From: Chrysochromulina tobinii
Lineage: Eukaryota
DNA: 54,584 nucleotides
Assembly: GCA_001275005.1 (NCBI GenBank)
Contig: JWZX01003288.1
Span: forward strand, 1-54,584
Reading direction: 5' to 3'
Of the stretch, positions 35,211 to 45,078 are shown piece after piece. The translations under genes and the position numbers were made by a program. How positions within the stretch are numbered: the first letter of the stretch is position 1; each line of letters opens with the position of its first letter. A model generated the notes under the pieces. It saw only the letters and a list, made by a program, of their open reading frames with translations. It had not been told where the DNA came from and made no database searches.

Positions 35211-38070
35211 ATGGCGTCGGCACGCCATCTTGGATGGCTTCAATATTCTGCTGTCGTCGTCGTCTGTGCGTTCGCAGACTCGAGCCGCGCGCAGAAGGTG
35301 CGAACCTTATTGCCCCTTGGCTGTCGCGTGCGGAGCTTTGCTCTGGAGCCGGTCGCATTTGAGGCGCACACCACAGGGATACAACCTCCTGCTCTGCGCG
35401 TATATCGCTGCCTCTCTTCTCGCTTGTTTGCGCGCCTGCGCGCCTGCGCGCCTGCGCGCCTGCGCGCCTGCGCGCCTGCGCGCCTGCGCGCCCACGCCAG
35501 ACGCGCGCCAACGGGCTCTGGCATCCCACCACCTGTTCCATCCGACGCACTCACACACCCGGACCATCCGCGCACAGGTCGAATGGGTGCAAACCGCGCG
35601 CTTCAAGGATGGCTCCGTCAAGCTCCTGGAGGACATGCCGCCGCTGGAGATGGTCCCTATGGGGTCGGCGCCCAAGAGCCTCGCAGTGGACACGTCCAGG
35701 CGCCACCAGGAGATTATCGGCTTCGGCGGCGCCTTCACAGAGGCGGCGGCGCTCAATTGGAAGCTGCTCAGCGAGGACGATCAGAAAAAGGTCATCAGCC
35801 TCTACTTTGACCCGCCGGAGAAAGGCGGCCATGGCTATACGCTCGGCCGCGTGCCGATCAACTCGTGCGACTTCAGCCCGGAATCGTACTCCTTTGACGA
35901 CGTCGCGGGCGACGTCGAGCTCGAGCACTTTGACACGAGCGTCAGGCACGACGTCGAGTCCGGCATGATCCCGATGATTCTCGCGGCGCAGGAGAAGGTG
36001 GTGGCGCGCGGCGAAAAGCTCAATGTTTACGCGTCTCCGTGGTCGCCGCCCGCGTGGATGAAGCTGCCCGCCGCGAACCAGAGCGGTGTCGTGGTGCAGT
36101 CAATGCTCGTCTCTGCCAAGCCAAACGGTCTCGATCCGCAACACCAGCGGCCGTGGGCCAAGTACTTTTCCAAGTTCATCTCGGCGTACCGCTCGCACGG
36201 CATCGACCTGTGGGGCGTGACGGTGCAGAACGAGCCCGAGGCCGCTGTCGGCTGGGAGGCGATGCTCTGGACGCCCGAGTACATGGCGAGCTTCGTGCGT
36301 GACCACCTCGGCCCGGTGCTTGCTGCCGAGCAGCCCAACGTCAAGATTTTGGGATTCGACCACAATAAGGATCACGTGGCAGATTGGGCCAAGGCGCTGT
36401 ACGAAGACCCGGAGGCGGCCAAGTTCTTCGCGGGCATGGGCGTGCACTGGTACGGCGGACTGAACACGCACGCGCTCGACTACACGCACCACCTGCAGCC
36501 GAATAAGATGATCCTCGGCACCGAGGCGTGTAACTGCGGGGGCGTCACCTACCGCAACATCTCCTACAAAGACGGCGCCATCATCTCGTCACCTATCGCC
36601 GCCTGGTGGTCGCGCGCCGAGTCGCTCGCGCTCGACATCCTCGAGGACCTGCGCTTCTGGGCGGTGGGCTGGACCGATTGGAACTTGGTGCTCAGCATCA
36701 AAGGCGGGCCAAACCACCTCAAGAACCTGTGCGACGCCAACATCATCGTCGACCCCATCAACAACCTCTCTCAGGGCACGCTGATCATGCAGGCGAGCTA
36801 CTACTACATGGGCCATTTCTCGCGCTACGTGCCGCCCGGCTCGCGCCGCGTGAGCCTCAATAACTCGGTCGAGCTCAACGCGCCGCCCCTGTCAGCGGAC
36901 GATGTCAAAAACGGGCAGGCGCTCCTTTTCGCGCCGTGCGACGGCGACGATGTGCAAAAGTGGACGCTCGATGACGGCGGCTCTCTCTTCGTGCACGGCA
37001 CCGCTGAGGCGCTCCTCTCGGAAGGGTACAAGCACGGCGGCGAGTGCGTCGACGTGGCTCTCGATAGCCCGATCGACGGCAAGACGCAGACTTGGGCTTG
37101 CTTCCACGTGGGCAACCAAATTTGGAGCGTCGTCGACGTGCCCGGCGGCTCGCAGATCAAGAACCCATACCTCAACAAGTGCATGACGGCGGTGCAGACC
37201 AACGGCGCGGCCGTGGGGCTCGACCCAGGCGTCGCGATCGTGGCGGCGCATGTGAAGCCGTGCCTCGACCCCGGTGATCCGAGCCAGACCTTCCGGCTCG
37301 CCAACTACGATGAGCAGGGCTTTCCGGGCAACTTCCCTGTGCGCACCGTGCCCGCGGCACCCGGCGGCGGCGAGTTGTGCCTGCAGCCGATGATCATCCA
37401 AGTGCCGCACTTCAACGCGGTCGCGTTCGAGCAGCCGAGCGGCGAGGTGTCGCTCATCACGATGAACCTGGGCGACAGCGACGTGAACTTCACCATCGTC
37501 GACCAGAATGCCCAGACGGGTGTCTCCCACACGATTGGCTCGCACGCGATCCACACGTACCGGTGGAAGCCCACTGCACGCGCCGCGGATCAGCCTGACA
37601 ATGAGCCAGGTGACGTAGCGGCGACGCTGATCACGATGCCGGTGGAGGCGCAGGCGGGCTCAAAGGCGGTCGTGGAGCAGGTGGCGGTGCCGGCGCTGGT
37701 GACCATCGAGGCAGTTCGCGCCGCTGGGGATGCGCAGCCAGCGGCAGCGGCAGCGGCAGCGGCAGCGGCTGCGGCTGCGGCTGCGGCCGCGGCTGTGGCT
37801 CCCGCTGGCGCTGCCGTCCCAGCGCCAGCTGCTGCTGCTGCTGCTGCTGGAAAAGCTGTCATGCATGGTCCAGAGCTCGTGCCACCGCAGCCGGCAGGTG
37901 AGACCGGCACCACCCTCTCGAGCGCTGTGCTACTAATGATGGCCGCGGGCGCGATCGCCACGATGGCCGTGGTCCGCCATGGGGCCGCGGGCTCGCGACG
38001 GTACGAGCGCGGTGTGGACGGCGAGCTGGTGGACGACGAGTACACGGAGTGGACGCCGCAGCCTGCTTAA
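35211..38070 (+). CDS. GH30_1 glucosylceramidase-like hydrolase with inserted ricin-B lectin domain and C-terminal TM. Exons 35211-35297 and 35578-38070
   Basis: Exon 1 encodes a signal-like peptide (MASARHLGWLQYSAVVVVCAFA). A phase-0 GT-AG intron spans 35298-35577. Motifs GFGGAFTEAA, RVPINSCDFS, ASPWSPPAWMK, QNEP (acid/base), GTEAC (nucleophile), WTDWNL, GHFSRY. Confidence 0.92.
35429..35492 (+). repeat. (TGCGCGCC)8 intronic tandem repeat
   Basis: Eight perfect 8-mers inside the GH30 intron. Confidence 0.95.
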
Positions 38071-38483
38071 GCGGCTGAGTGTGCGTCACGCAAGGCGCAT
38101 GCGCCCGGCGCTAGTGTCCCTACATACTGTGGCATGAGCAGCATTTGAGTGTACGGCAATACATGTACATGTATGGCGGCACGTGCGCACGCGCGCGCAC
38201 CGAGCAGCAATTGCGCCACTTCGTCATGATGACTAAATGTGGTCTCACTATGTACTATGTAGAGAAGCATTACGTCCTCCGCGCGTTCCACGTTGTGTCT
38301 CCACGGGACCGGTGGTCGAGCGTCTTGCTGATATGTTAACGTGTACGTGGCTGGCGCGTACCGCCGACGCGCTGTAATGAGCGGCGAGTTTTTAGCGCCT
38401 CAATACCCCTCACGTCTCATCCAGAGAGAGCCTCATCAAAGGAACGTCGACGAATCGGCCGTACTTGCCCGCCCCCGAGAACA

Positions 38484-41400
38484 ATGCGCTTTGTTCAGTT
38501 CCTCAGTCAATGGGCTCCTCATCCGCACCCACTCCAACCCACAGCTTCCCTCTCGCCGCTCGTCGTCCATCCTCGCGTTGGCTCCTCTGCAATCCGCATG
38601 GACTGTGAGCCGGAACCACCACTTCTCAACCGCGTGGTGCCCAACCTTTTGCAAGCGGAAGCCATCCGCAGCTCCAGCAACGCGGTGCTGATGATCGCGA
38701 GCCCGGGGACGGGGAAGACGCGCGTCATCCGTGCCCGGCTCGCCTACCTGATGGGCAAAGGAGTGCCTGCTAGCTCCATCCTCGTCGTCACCTTCACGCA
38801 GCACGCCGCCGAGATGCTCAAGACGCGCGTGCAAGTGCTCGGCACGAGCCTAGAGGGCGTGCACCTGGGCACGTTCCACTCCGTCTGCGCAAAGATGCTG
38901 CGCGAGCACGCCGCGCTCCTCGGCCTGTCCCCCTCATTCCGTGTGCTCATGGAGACGGAGCAGCTCGAGTTGCTGAGCGCGCTCATGCGCCAGGTTGGGA
39001 TGGCCCCCCGAGATGGTGGTCAGCGCCGCGGGGGGGCGAGTGACGCCTCATCGAGCGGCAGCACCTCGCAGGTGACCGCCGCCGCCATCCTCCGCCGCAT
39101 CCAGTGCTGGAAAGAGCGGGGGCTGCGTCCGGACGACGTGCATACCGTCGCGGAGGCCGACGTGGCTGGCGGCGCGCCGGCGGCGATGGTGCACGCCGCG
39201 CGCAACCTGTACCCGCTCTACCAGCGCGGCCTGCACGAGCGCGGCACTCTTGATTACACCGACCTCACCCTCGCCACGCTGCGCCTCTTCGAGAGCCACC
39301 CGCACGTGCTCCGCGCCTATCGACGGCGGTTTCGGCACTTGCTGGTCGACGAGCTGCAGGACACGAGTGCGGTCCAGTACGAGTGGCTTCGCAAGCTCGC
39401 GGGCGCGGCGGGGCAGGCGCCGTCGGCCGACCGGGAGTCCTTTGAGGACGACGGGCCCGCTGTCGCCTCGTCCATCTTCGCCGCGGCGGACGACGATCAA
39501 TCCATTTATGGTTGGCGAGGTGCGTCGCGCGACAACGTGCTTCGCTTTCCTCACGACTGGCCACGCACGGAGGTGATCCGGATGGCGCAGTCGTACCGAT
39601 GCTCGCCGCACGTGCTCGCCTCGGCGCTCCCGCTCCTGCAGCACGCGGACAGCCTCGTGCCCAAGTCGCCCTTTACACGCCTGCCGCCCGCGAACGCAGC
39701 GCGCGTGCTGCTCCGCGGCTTTTGGGACTCGACCCAGGAGGGAGCCTGGATCGCCTCGCAGATCCGTGCGCGTGTGCTCGGCGGCCAGTCGCTCGCGTCG
39801 ATCGCCGTGCTCGTGCGCTCGCAGGAGCAGGCGAAGAGCCTGCTGCCGCACCTGGTCGCAGCTGGGATCCCAGTCGCGATGCAGCCTCTGGGGGCCGTGG
39901 ACGCTTGGTGGAACGCCCATGAGGTGCGCTGCGCGGTGAACGCGCTTCGCCTCGTCCGCTCGACCGCGGACGACGCGGCCGCACGCGAGCTGCTCGGCGC
40001 GTGGGCTGGCCTGAGCCGCGCCGCCATCGACACGCTGCAAGAGCTCGCACAGAAGCAAGAGCGCTCACTGCTCACCACGACGGCTCGCGCTCTGCAACAC
40101 GAGAGGCTGCCGAGGCCGTCCGCCTCCCGCCTCACCTACTTCTTTGCGCGCTTTGCGCACTGGCAAAGCCTCGCGAAGACGGGCGGGCTGCCCCAGGTCT
40201 TGGGCGCCGTCGCGAGCGACCACGCTGGATGGTGCACTGACGGTGGCGCCTCGATGCGCAAGCTCGTCGCGTTCGCACAGCGCTGCGGCTCGTTCGGCAA
40301 GCTGCTCGAGCACTCAGCCTTCAAGCGAAGCCAGCCCGGCGCCGGCACATCGACCTTGAGCGGCGTTCCGAACCCCTCGGGTTCGGGTAACGGTCGCGGC
40401 GCCGACGGCGCCGTCGGTGGCGGAGCCAGTGAGCGCCGTATTGGTGAGCGCCGTACTGGTGAGCCTGCAGTGGACGAGGGTGCGATCAGTCTCCTCACGA
40501 TCCATAAAGCCAAGGGCCTCGAATGGGATACGGTCTTCTTGCCTGGCTGGGAGCAGGGCACCTTCCCGCTCGCCCCCTCGACGCGCCTCGGCTCACAGGG
40601 GCACGATGAAGAGTGGAGGCTCGCCTACGTGGCACTCACGCGTGCCAAGCACTTTGCGGGTATCACGCATGTGTCGCGTCGCAACTGGCAGGGCCGCTGG
40701 CAACACTTGGAGCCGTCCACATTCTTGCAGGTGCTCCCCTCGTCGAGCGTCGCCTCCTTTGCGCCCAACACGGCGCGCCCCTACTACCAGGGCGCCGCGG
40801 GATTCCGAGCGACCAACTCGGCGCTCTTCAACCAGCGCCGTTCGAGGTTGCAACCTCGCCCCCTCGACCGGGCCGCCGCGACGCGCGTGAGCGCGTCGGC
40901 GCGCATCGGCGCGGCCGTGGGTGCTGACGTCACTTCAAGGGATGGGCAGCCTGAGTGGCGCGCATACCATGGCGTGGAGGTCTTTGCTGCGCCTCCATCG
41001 CTGGCTTCCGCCGCGGTCGAGAGGGCAGCGGTGGAGGTCGAGGCCGTCGAGATTCCCAGCGAGATTCCCAGCGAGATTCGCAGCGAGATTCGCAGCGTGC
41101 TCAAGGGACCCAGGGAGGCAGAGGCGGAGATGGGCCTGTTCCTTGAGGATTTGACGACGGAGGTGGAGGAGGCGCCAGGCATCACGCCAGTGGCACTGGC
41201 GGCAGCTTTCCCCACAGCGACGTCGGAGCCGGCGGTGCCGGCAAGCGCCATCCAGAGCGCGGCGGTCCAGGCAGTCACCTTCCCCACAGCGACGTCGGAG
41301 CCGGCGGTGCCGGCAAGCGCCATCCAGAGCGCGGCGGTCCAGGCAGTCACCTTCCCCACAGCGGTCACCTTCCCCTCACTCAGCGGCGTGGCGTGGGATG

Positions 41401-42263
41401 GAGTGCCTGAGTGGTCGCCTGAGCTCGCCGTCGAGAACGAGTGGAGCTCAGGCGAGGTCGAGTGGAGCTCAGGCGAGGTCCAGTGGAGCTCAGGCGAGCA
41501 CAAGTTGAGTCCTTTCGAGGCGAGGGCCGAGGCCGAGGGTGAGATGGAGGAGGTGGAGGCGGAGATGGAGATGGAGGAGGCGGAGGTGATCGAGGAGGTC
41601 GACACGCACGGCAAGCTCGTGCCCGCGAACGCACCTGCCTCTGCCGAGGAGGCGGAGATGGCTATGCTTGCGGACGATGCAGTTCCCGGCTTCGTTTCCG
41701 CGACTGAGTACGAATTCAATTGGGCAGCGCCGCGCGAGCGCGACGAGATCGAGTTCGAGTTCGATTGGCGCCAGCACACAGGGCAGCCCCAGCCACAGGC
41801 GCGAACACTCGAGTTCGAATGGACACGTGGCCATCTGCCGCCCATGGAGCTAGGGTGGCTGGGCGAGGAGGAGGAGGACGCCCACGAGGACGCCCACGAG
41901 GACGCCCACGAGGACGCCATCGGCAACGGCGACCCCATCGAGACTTCGCGCGGCGCGGCCGCGGATCTGCTACAGCGGCGAGCAGAGGAGCTCACCGCGA
42001 GGATGCGGGCGGCCAGCCAGCGGGAGGACTACGCTTCCGCGCTCCAACTGCAGACGCAGCGCGATAGGCTCCTAAGCAGGCTTTCGCTCCTCGAGCGCCT
42101 CGAGGCCAAGGGGGGTCGCACCGCCGCAGCCTCCTCTGCCGCTGAGGAGGCTGCGGACGCGGATGAGGTTCTGCACATGTGCTCCGACCTGCTCAACGTG
42201 CTCGTTACGACGGCAGGTGAGATCGCGGCCTCGCAGCACCAGCCCCACGATTGGAGCGCGTGA
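38484..42263 (+). CDS. uvrD: UvrD/Rep/PcrA-type SF1 DNA helicase with long acidic C-terminal tail and UVR-like motif
   Basis: Motifs ASPGTGKT, VVTFT, GTFHS, VDELQD, DDDQSIYGWRGA, QSYRC, TIHKAKGLEW, EEWRLAYVALTRA. Near the C-terminus, EELTARMRAASQREDYASALQLQTQRDRL. Confidence 0.92.
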   Translation: MRFVQFLSQWAPHPHPLQPTASLSPLVVHPRVGSSAIRMDCEPEPPLLNRVVPNLLQAEAIRSSSNAVLMIASPGTGKTRVIRARLAYLMGKGVPASSILVVTFTQHAAEMLKTRVQVLGTSLEGVHLGTFHSVCAKMLREHAALLGLSPSFRVLMETEQLELLSALMRQVGMAPRDGGQRRGGASDASSSGSTSQVTAAAILRRIQCWKERGLRPDDVHTVAEADVAGGAPAAMVHAARNLYPLYQRGLHERGTLDYTDLTLATLRLFESHPHVLRAYRRRFRHLLVDELQDTSAVQYEWLRKLAGAAGQAPSADRESFEDDGPAVASSIFAAADDDQSIYGWRGASRDNVLRFPHDWPRTEVIRMAQSYRCSPHVLASALPLLQHADSLVPKSPFTRLPPANAARVLLRGFWDSTQEGAWIASQIRARVLGGQSLASIAVLVRSQEQAKSLLPHLVAAGIPVAMQPLGAVDAWWNAHEVRCAVNALRLVRSTADDAAARELLGAWAGLSRAAIDTLQELAQKQERSLLTTTARALQHERLPRPSASRLTYFFARFAHWQSLAKTGGLPQVLGAVASDHAGWCTDGGASMRKLVAFAQRCGSFGKLLEHSAFKRSQPGAGTSTLSGVPNPSGSGNGRGADGAVGGGASERRIGERRTGEPAVDEGAISLLTIHKAKGLEWDTVFLPGWEQGTFPLAPSTRLGSQGHDEEWRLAYVALTRAKHFAGITHVSRRNWQGRWQHLEPSTFLQVLPSSSVASFAPNTARPYYQGAAGFRATNSALFNQRRSRLQPRPLDRAAATRVSASARIGAAVGADVTSRDGQPEWRAYHGVEVFAAPPSLASAAVERAAVEVEAVEIPSEIPSEIRSEIRSVLKGPREAEAEMGLFLEDLTTEVEEAPGITPVALAAAFPTATSEPAVPASAIQSAAVQAVTFPTATSEPAVPASAIQSAAVQAVTFPTAVTFPSLSGVAWDGVPEWSPELAVENEWSSGEVEWSSGEVQWSSGEHKLSPFEARAEAEGEMEEVEAEMEMEEAEVIEEVDTHGKLVPANAPASAEEAEMAMLADDAVPGFVSATEYEFNWAAPRERDEIEFEFDWRQHTGQPQPQARTLEFEWTRGHLPPMELGWLGEEEEDAHEDAHEDAHEDAIGNGDPIETSRGAAADLLQRRAEELTARMRAASQREDYASALQLQTQRDRLLSRLSLLERLEAKGGRTAAASSAAEEAADADEVLHMCSDLLNVLVTTAGEIAASQHQPHDWSA
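41050..41500 (+). repeat. Cluster of coding tandem repeats in the helicase tail (EIPS/EIRS x4; 72-bp x2; EWSSGEV x3)
   Basis: Seen directly, for example two copies of FPTATSEPAVPASAIQSAAVQAVT. Confidence 0.85.
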
Positions 42264-42798
42264 GCCACGTCAAAGCCACGCCAAAGATCAAATGTACACT
42301 TGATTTCATTATATCGTCCCTTCGAATGCCAGCCCCGTCCTGCTGCGCGGCCCCGCGGAGGGGGAGGGGCCCGTGGGCCTGGACGCTCGGCGCGCCACGC
42401 GCTCTCCTTCTTCGACAGGACCGGGCTCTGCGGTCGGGGCGTCGGGCGCGGACAGCCCCCGATCGCGTCGAGAGGTTAAGAGAGAACCTTGTAACTTACC
42501 AAGTTAAGTGTCGCGCACCGGTATGTATGTGTCGAGTATTTTCGGGGAATGGATTCTCTCTGAGGCGCGGCTGCGACCACGGTCCACGCTCAACTGGGGC
42601 TATACGTGACGCGACGCCCCACCGCCTGAGCGCTGAGGTCGTCAGAGCTGTGCCTACTCGGCGGGAGTCGTGACCACACAGCCACCGACCGCGTTGGGTC
42701 CATTCCCGTGCGGATGCATGTCTCGTCTCCACACCGCGAGAGCGCCACATGCGTAGCGGTGTCATGCCCTGCCTGTAGCACGCCCTCTTGGCCAGGGC

Positions 42799-43359
42799 TC
42801 AGCTGACCTCTCTCTCGACCTGGCGCACTGCGCTCTTGATGGAGGACACTAAGTCATGCAACTCCTCCACATTGGCGGCGAACTGCAATGGGCGCACGGC
42901 GCCATTCGCAGACCTCAGGCTGAGGGTGATGGTGTAAATGGGCGTGCCTCCCGAGCGCGGTTGCTCACGGCTTGCTGCGGCGACGCTAGCTCGGGACCAT
43001 CTGACATCCACGAGCTCCTCTGGCCGAAGACTGAGCGACTCAAGCGCGCTGCGAAGGGTGGCCTGGCCATCGTGAGCGATGGCAGCAACGGCACTTGCGC
43101 GGTCGGCGGGCATAACACTCGCAAGCGAAGCGGCCAGCTCTTCCTGTGCGACGCCTGTGCGAGCTGCTTCCAGAAAAAGGGCGACGAGCGCACTCTGCGT
43201 CTCTGCTGTAAGCCCTGCTGCGATCGCCGCCCGCTGCGCCTCAATGTGAGGCTTGCGGCCGATGGCAACTCCGGCGCAAAGGGCGATGTGGTCCTCGAAG
43301 CCGGGCATGCCGGAGAGCGGACGCAGCATGGGGAGCAGCGTGGCGATTTCAGAAGACAT
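42799..43359 (-). CDS. COMMD3: COMM-domain protein, COMMD3-like
   Basis: ATG at 43359. ALFLEAAR, followed by the COMM-like C-terminus LVDVRW...PIYTITL...LQFAANVEELHDLVSSIKSA. Confidence 0.75.
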   Translation of the reverse strand: MSSEIATLLPMLRPLSGMPGFEDHIALCAGVAIGRKPHIEAQRAAIAAGLTAETQSALVALFLEAARTGVAQEELAASLASVMPADRASAVAAIAHDGQATLRSALESLSLRPEELVDVRWSRASVAAASREQPRSGGTPIYTITLSLRSANGAVRPLQFAANVEELHDLVSSIKSAVRQVEREVS

Positions 43360-43440
43360 CGCTCCGGTGTCTCCGGTGTGCGAAGAAGGGGGGAGTGGGT
43401 TTCGTGGGGAACTGGGGAAAATGCTCAAGGGTAAGAGCAC

Positions 43441-44098
43441 AGTAGTACTAGTATGGCATGGGCGACAGCGGCTCCAATCCGGGGATGGCGACGGGCGTCG
43501 TCCTGCCGCACGCTGAGCGATGCCTACCCCGCGGGCCTGTACAATAGTAGCTGAAGTGCTGAACGTTGGCGTGTGCCAACGTGGCTGATTGTCAATCACG
43601 ACGCCGCTCTCAGACCACGTAGATTAGCTAGCCCGGCTGGTCCGCGCAGATCCTAAGCTCGCCAACGGCTTCCACGCCGTTGGCCTCTTGCAGGGCAGGC
43701 TCGTCCTGCGCGACTTCGTGGAGGTGTACAACCTGCCGCCCGAGCGCCGCTTTGTAAGCGTATGCACTCCTCACGAAGGCATCGGAATCTGCCCGGAGGC
43801 GTACCAGATGGTGTGCCCGCTGTGGAATCTCGCGCCGTACACGGCGTGGCTCGCCTTCGCCGACTTGCGACTACGGGAAAGGATGCCACCGACACCTCGA
43901 CCGCTCACACTAGCTTGCCGAATTCAATAATGAGCAGTACTCATTGCCATAATGAATGACGAATTCAATAATGAGCAGTACTCATTGTCATAATGAATGA
44001 CGAATTCAATCATCTTCGAGCATAGCTTCGAGGGAGAGCGCCTGCGCTTCTCGAACGAGTTCTGGGCGCGCAACGTGTTGCCGCACCTCAGCCCATGA
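43441..44098 (+). pseudogene. Degraded palmitoyl-protein thioesterase 1 (PPT1)-like pseudogene
   Basis: Remnants GMGDSGSNPGM (43455), ADPKLANGFHAVGLLQGRLVLR...FVSVCTPHEG and SFEGERLRFSNEFWARNVLPHL*. There is an in-frame TAG at 43625 and frameshifts. The catalytic Ser position reads Leu (43688) and the His position reads Arg (44039). The middle of the gene is missing. Confidence 0.8.
43919..44010. repeat. AT-rich 41-bp tandem repeat, 2.25 copies, inside the PPT1 pseudogene
   Basis: cgaattcaataatgagcagtactcattg[c/t]cataatgaatga at 43919 and 43960, plus a partial copy at 44001. Each unit has the hairpin aatgag-cagta-ctcatt. Confidence 0.95.
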
Positions 44099-44337
44099 GA
44101 GCGGCGAGCGATAGTTGCAGCTGAGACCCTCCATCGTCCATCCCCAGAGCGCAGAGGACGCATGTCGACCATCGCACATACCATAGGAACCTTTGGTGAT
44201 GCCACCGCCCTGGCGACACCATTCATGCCGCCGCCCTTACCGCCAAGGAAAGGCCAGGCTCGCCAGGCTCGCCGGGTTCGCCGGGTCCTATGTAAAAGCT
44301 CGCCGCGCGACACACAGGTGAGCGGGCACCGTCGTAG

Positions 44338-45078
44338 TTATCGACCTGACATTCCTCGCGACGGCATGCTCTTCACGAGCCGAGTGAGGCGTACTAAGAA
44401 GTTTGGCACCAGCGGCAAAAAGTGCCGGCCGTCTTTCAGCCCCGAGCAGCTGCAGTGATGTGCCGTCTGGCCATCGAGAAGGACCCAACCTTGCTCCCGT
44501 GCGACTTCGCGCTCGGCGACACGTACCGACTGCACACCTATGTCGGACCACTGCATGTTGAAATTCAAGTCCTCTGTTCGGTTCTCCATCAGCTGCGCCT
44601 GTTCGAAGAAGCCGCCGCGCCAGCTGCTGATGCATATGCGATTCGTGAGCATGTACACCAGCCTCGCCTGAGGGTACTGCGACGTGAGCATGCCCGCACA
44701 ATCTCGCAGCTGGCTCAAGTACCCACTAAAGCTAGTTCGGTTCGGGTAGTGCGGACTCAGATAGTGCATACCAGCATTGAAAACCACGACATCGAAATCT
44801 CTTCGCATGGGCTCAAAGTCCCGGACTGAGGGGCACGCTTTCGGGCTCCTTGTCAGATGCCTGCCCACGGACACGAAGCACGAGCCCGGGCCACGTTTGC
44901 ACGAGCTGTTGACATGTAGCACGAGATCCAGGACGCGCTGCTTATTCTCAAGCGTGCTATCGCCGACGAGGAGCACTGACATGTTGAAGAATGTGCTCCG
45001 TGCTGATGCCAAGGCACTTGCGTTTGGCCAGCTGTCAGTTGCCTTCAGCTGCTCGGCACAAAGTGCGGCTTGGCCCAC
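44338..45078 (-). CDS. SGNH/GDSL (PC-esterase-like) domain protein; 5' end unresolved
   Basis: Motifs LLVGDS, VVVFNAGMHY, KDGRHF. The frame is open to ~45216 with no upstream ATG; a possible upstream exon has a donor at 45288. Confidence 0.65.
   Translation of the reverse strand: MGQAALCAEQLKATDSWPNASALASARSTFFNMSVLLVGDSTLENKQRVLDLVLHVNSSCKRGPGSCFVSVGRHLTRSPKACPSVRDFEPMRRDFDVVVFNAGMHYLSPHYPNRTSFSGYLSQLRDCAGMLTSQYPQARLVYMLTNRICISSWRGGFFEQAQLMENRTEDLNFNMQWSDIGVQSVRVAEREVAREQGWVLLDGQTAHHCSCSGLKDGRHFLPLVPNFLVRLTRLVKSMPSRGMSGR

Noticed and set aside
35230..35577. Track N-terminus of GH30 (LRACAPAR repeats)
   Set aside because: It is intron sequence; the real first exon is 35211-35297.
22719..42263. 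rsmH and uvrD as bacterial contamination or a prokaryotic island
   Set aside because: They are interleaved with intron-containing eukaryotic genes of similar composition and carry N-terminal extensions.
43919..44010. 41-bp hairpin repeats as a CRISPR array
   Set aside because: The units are directly adjacent with no spacers, there are no cas genes, and the context is eukaryotic.
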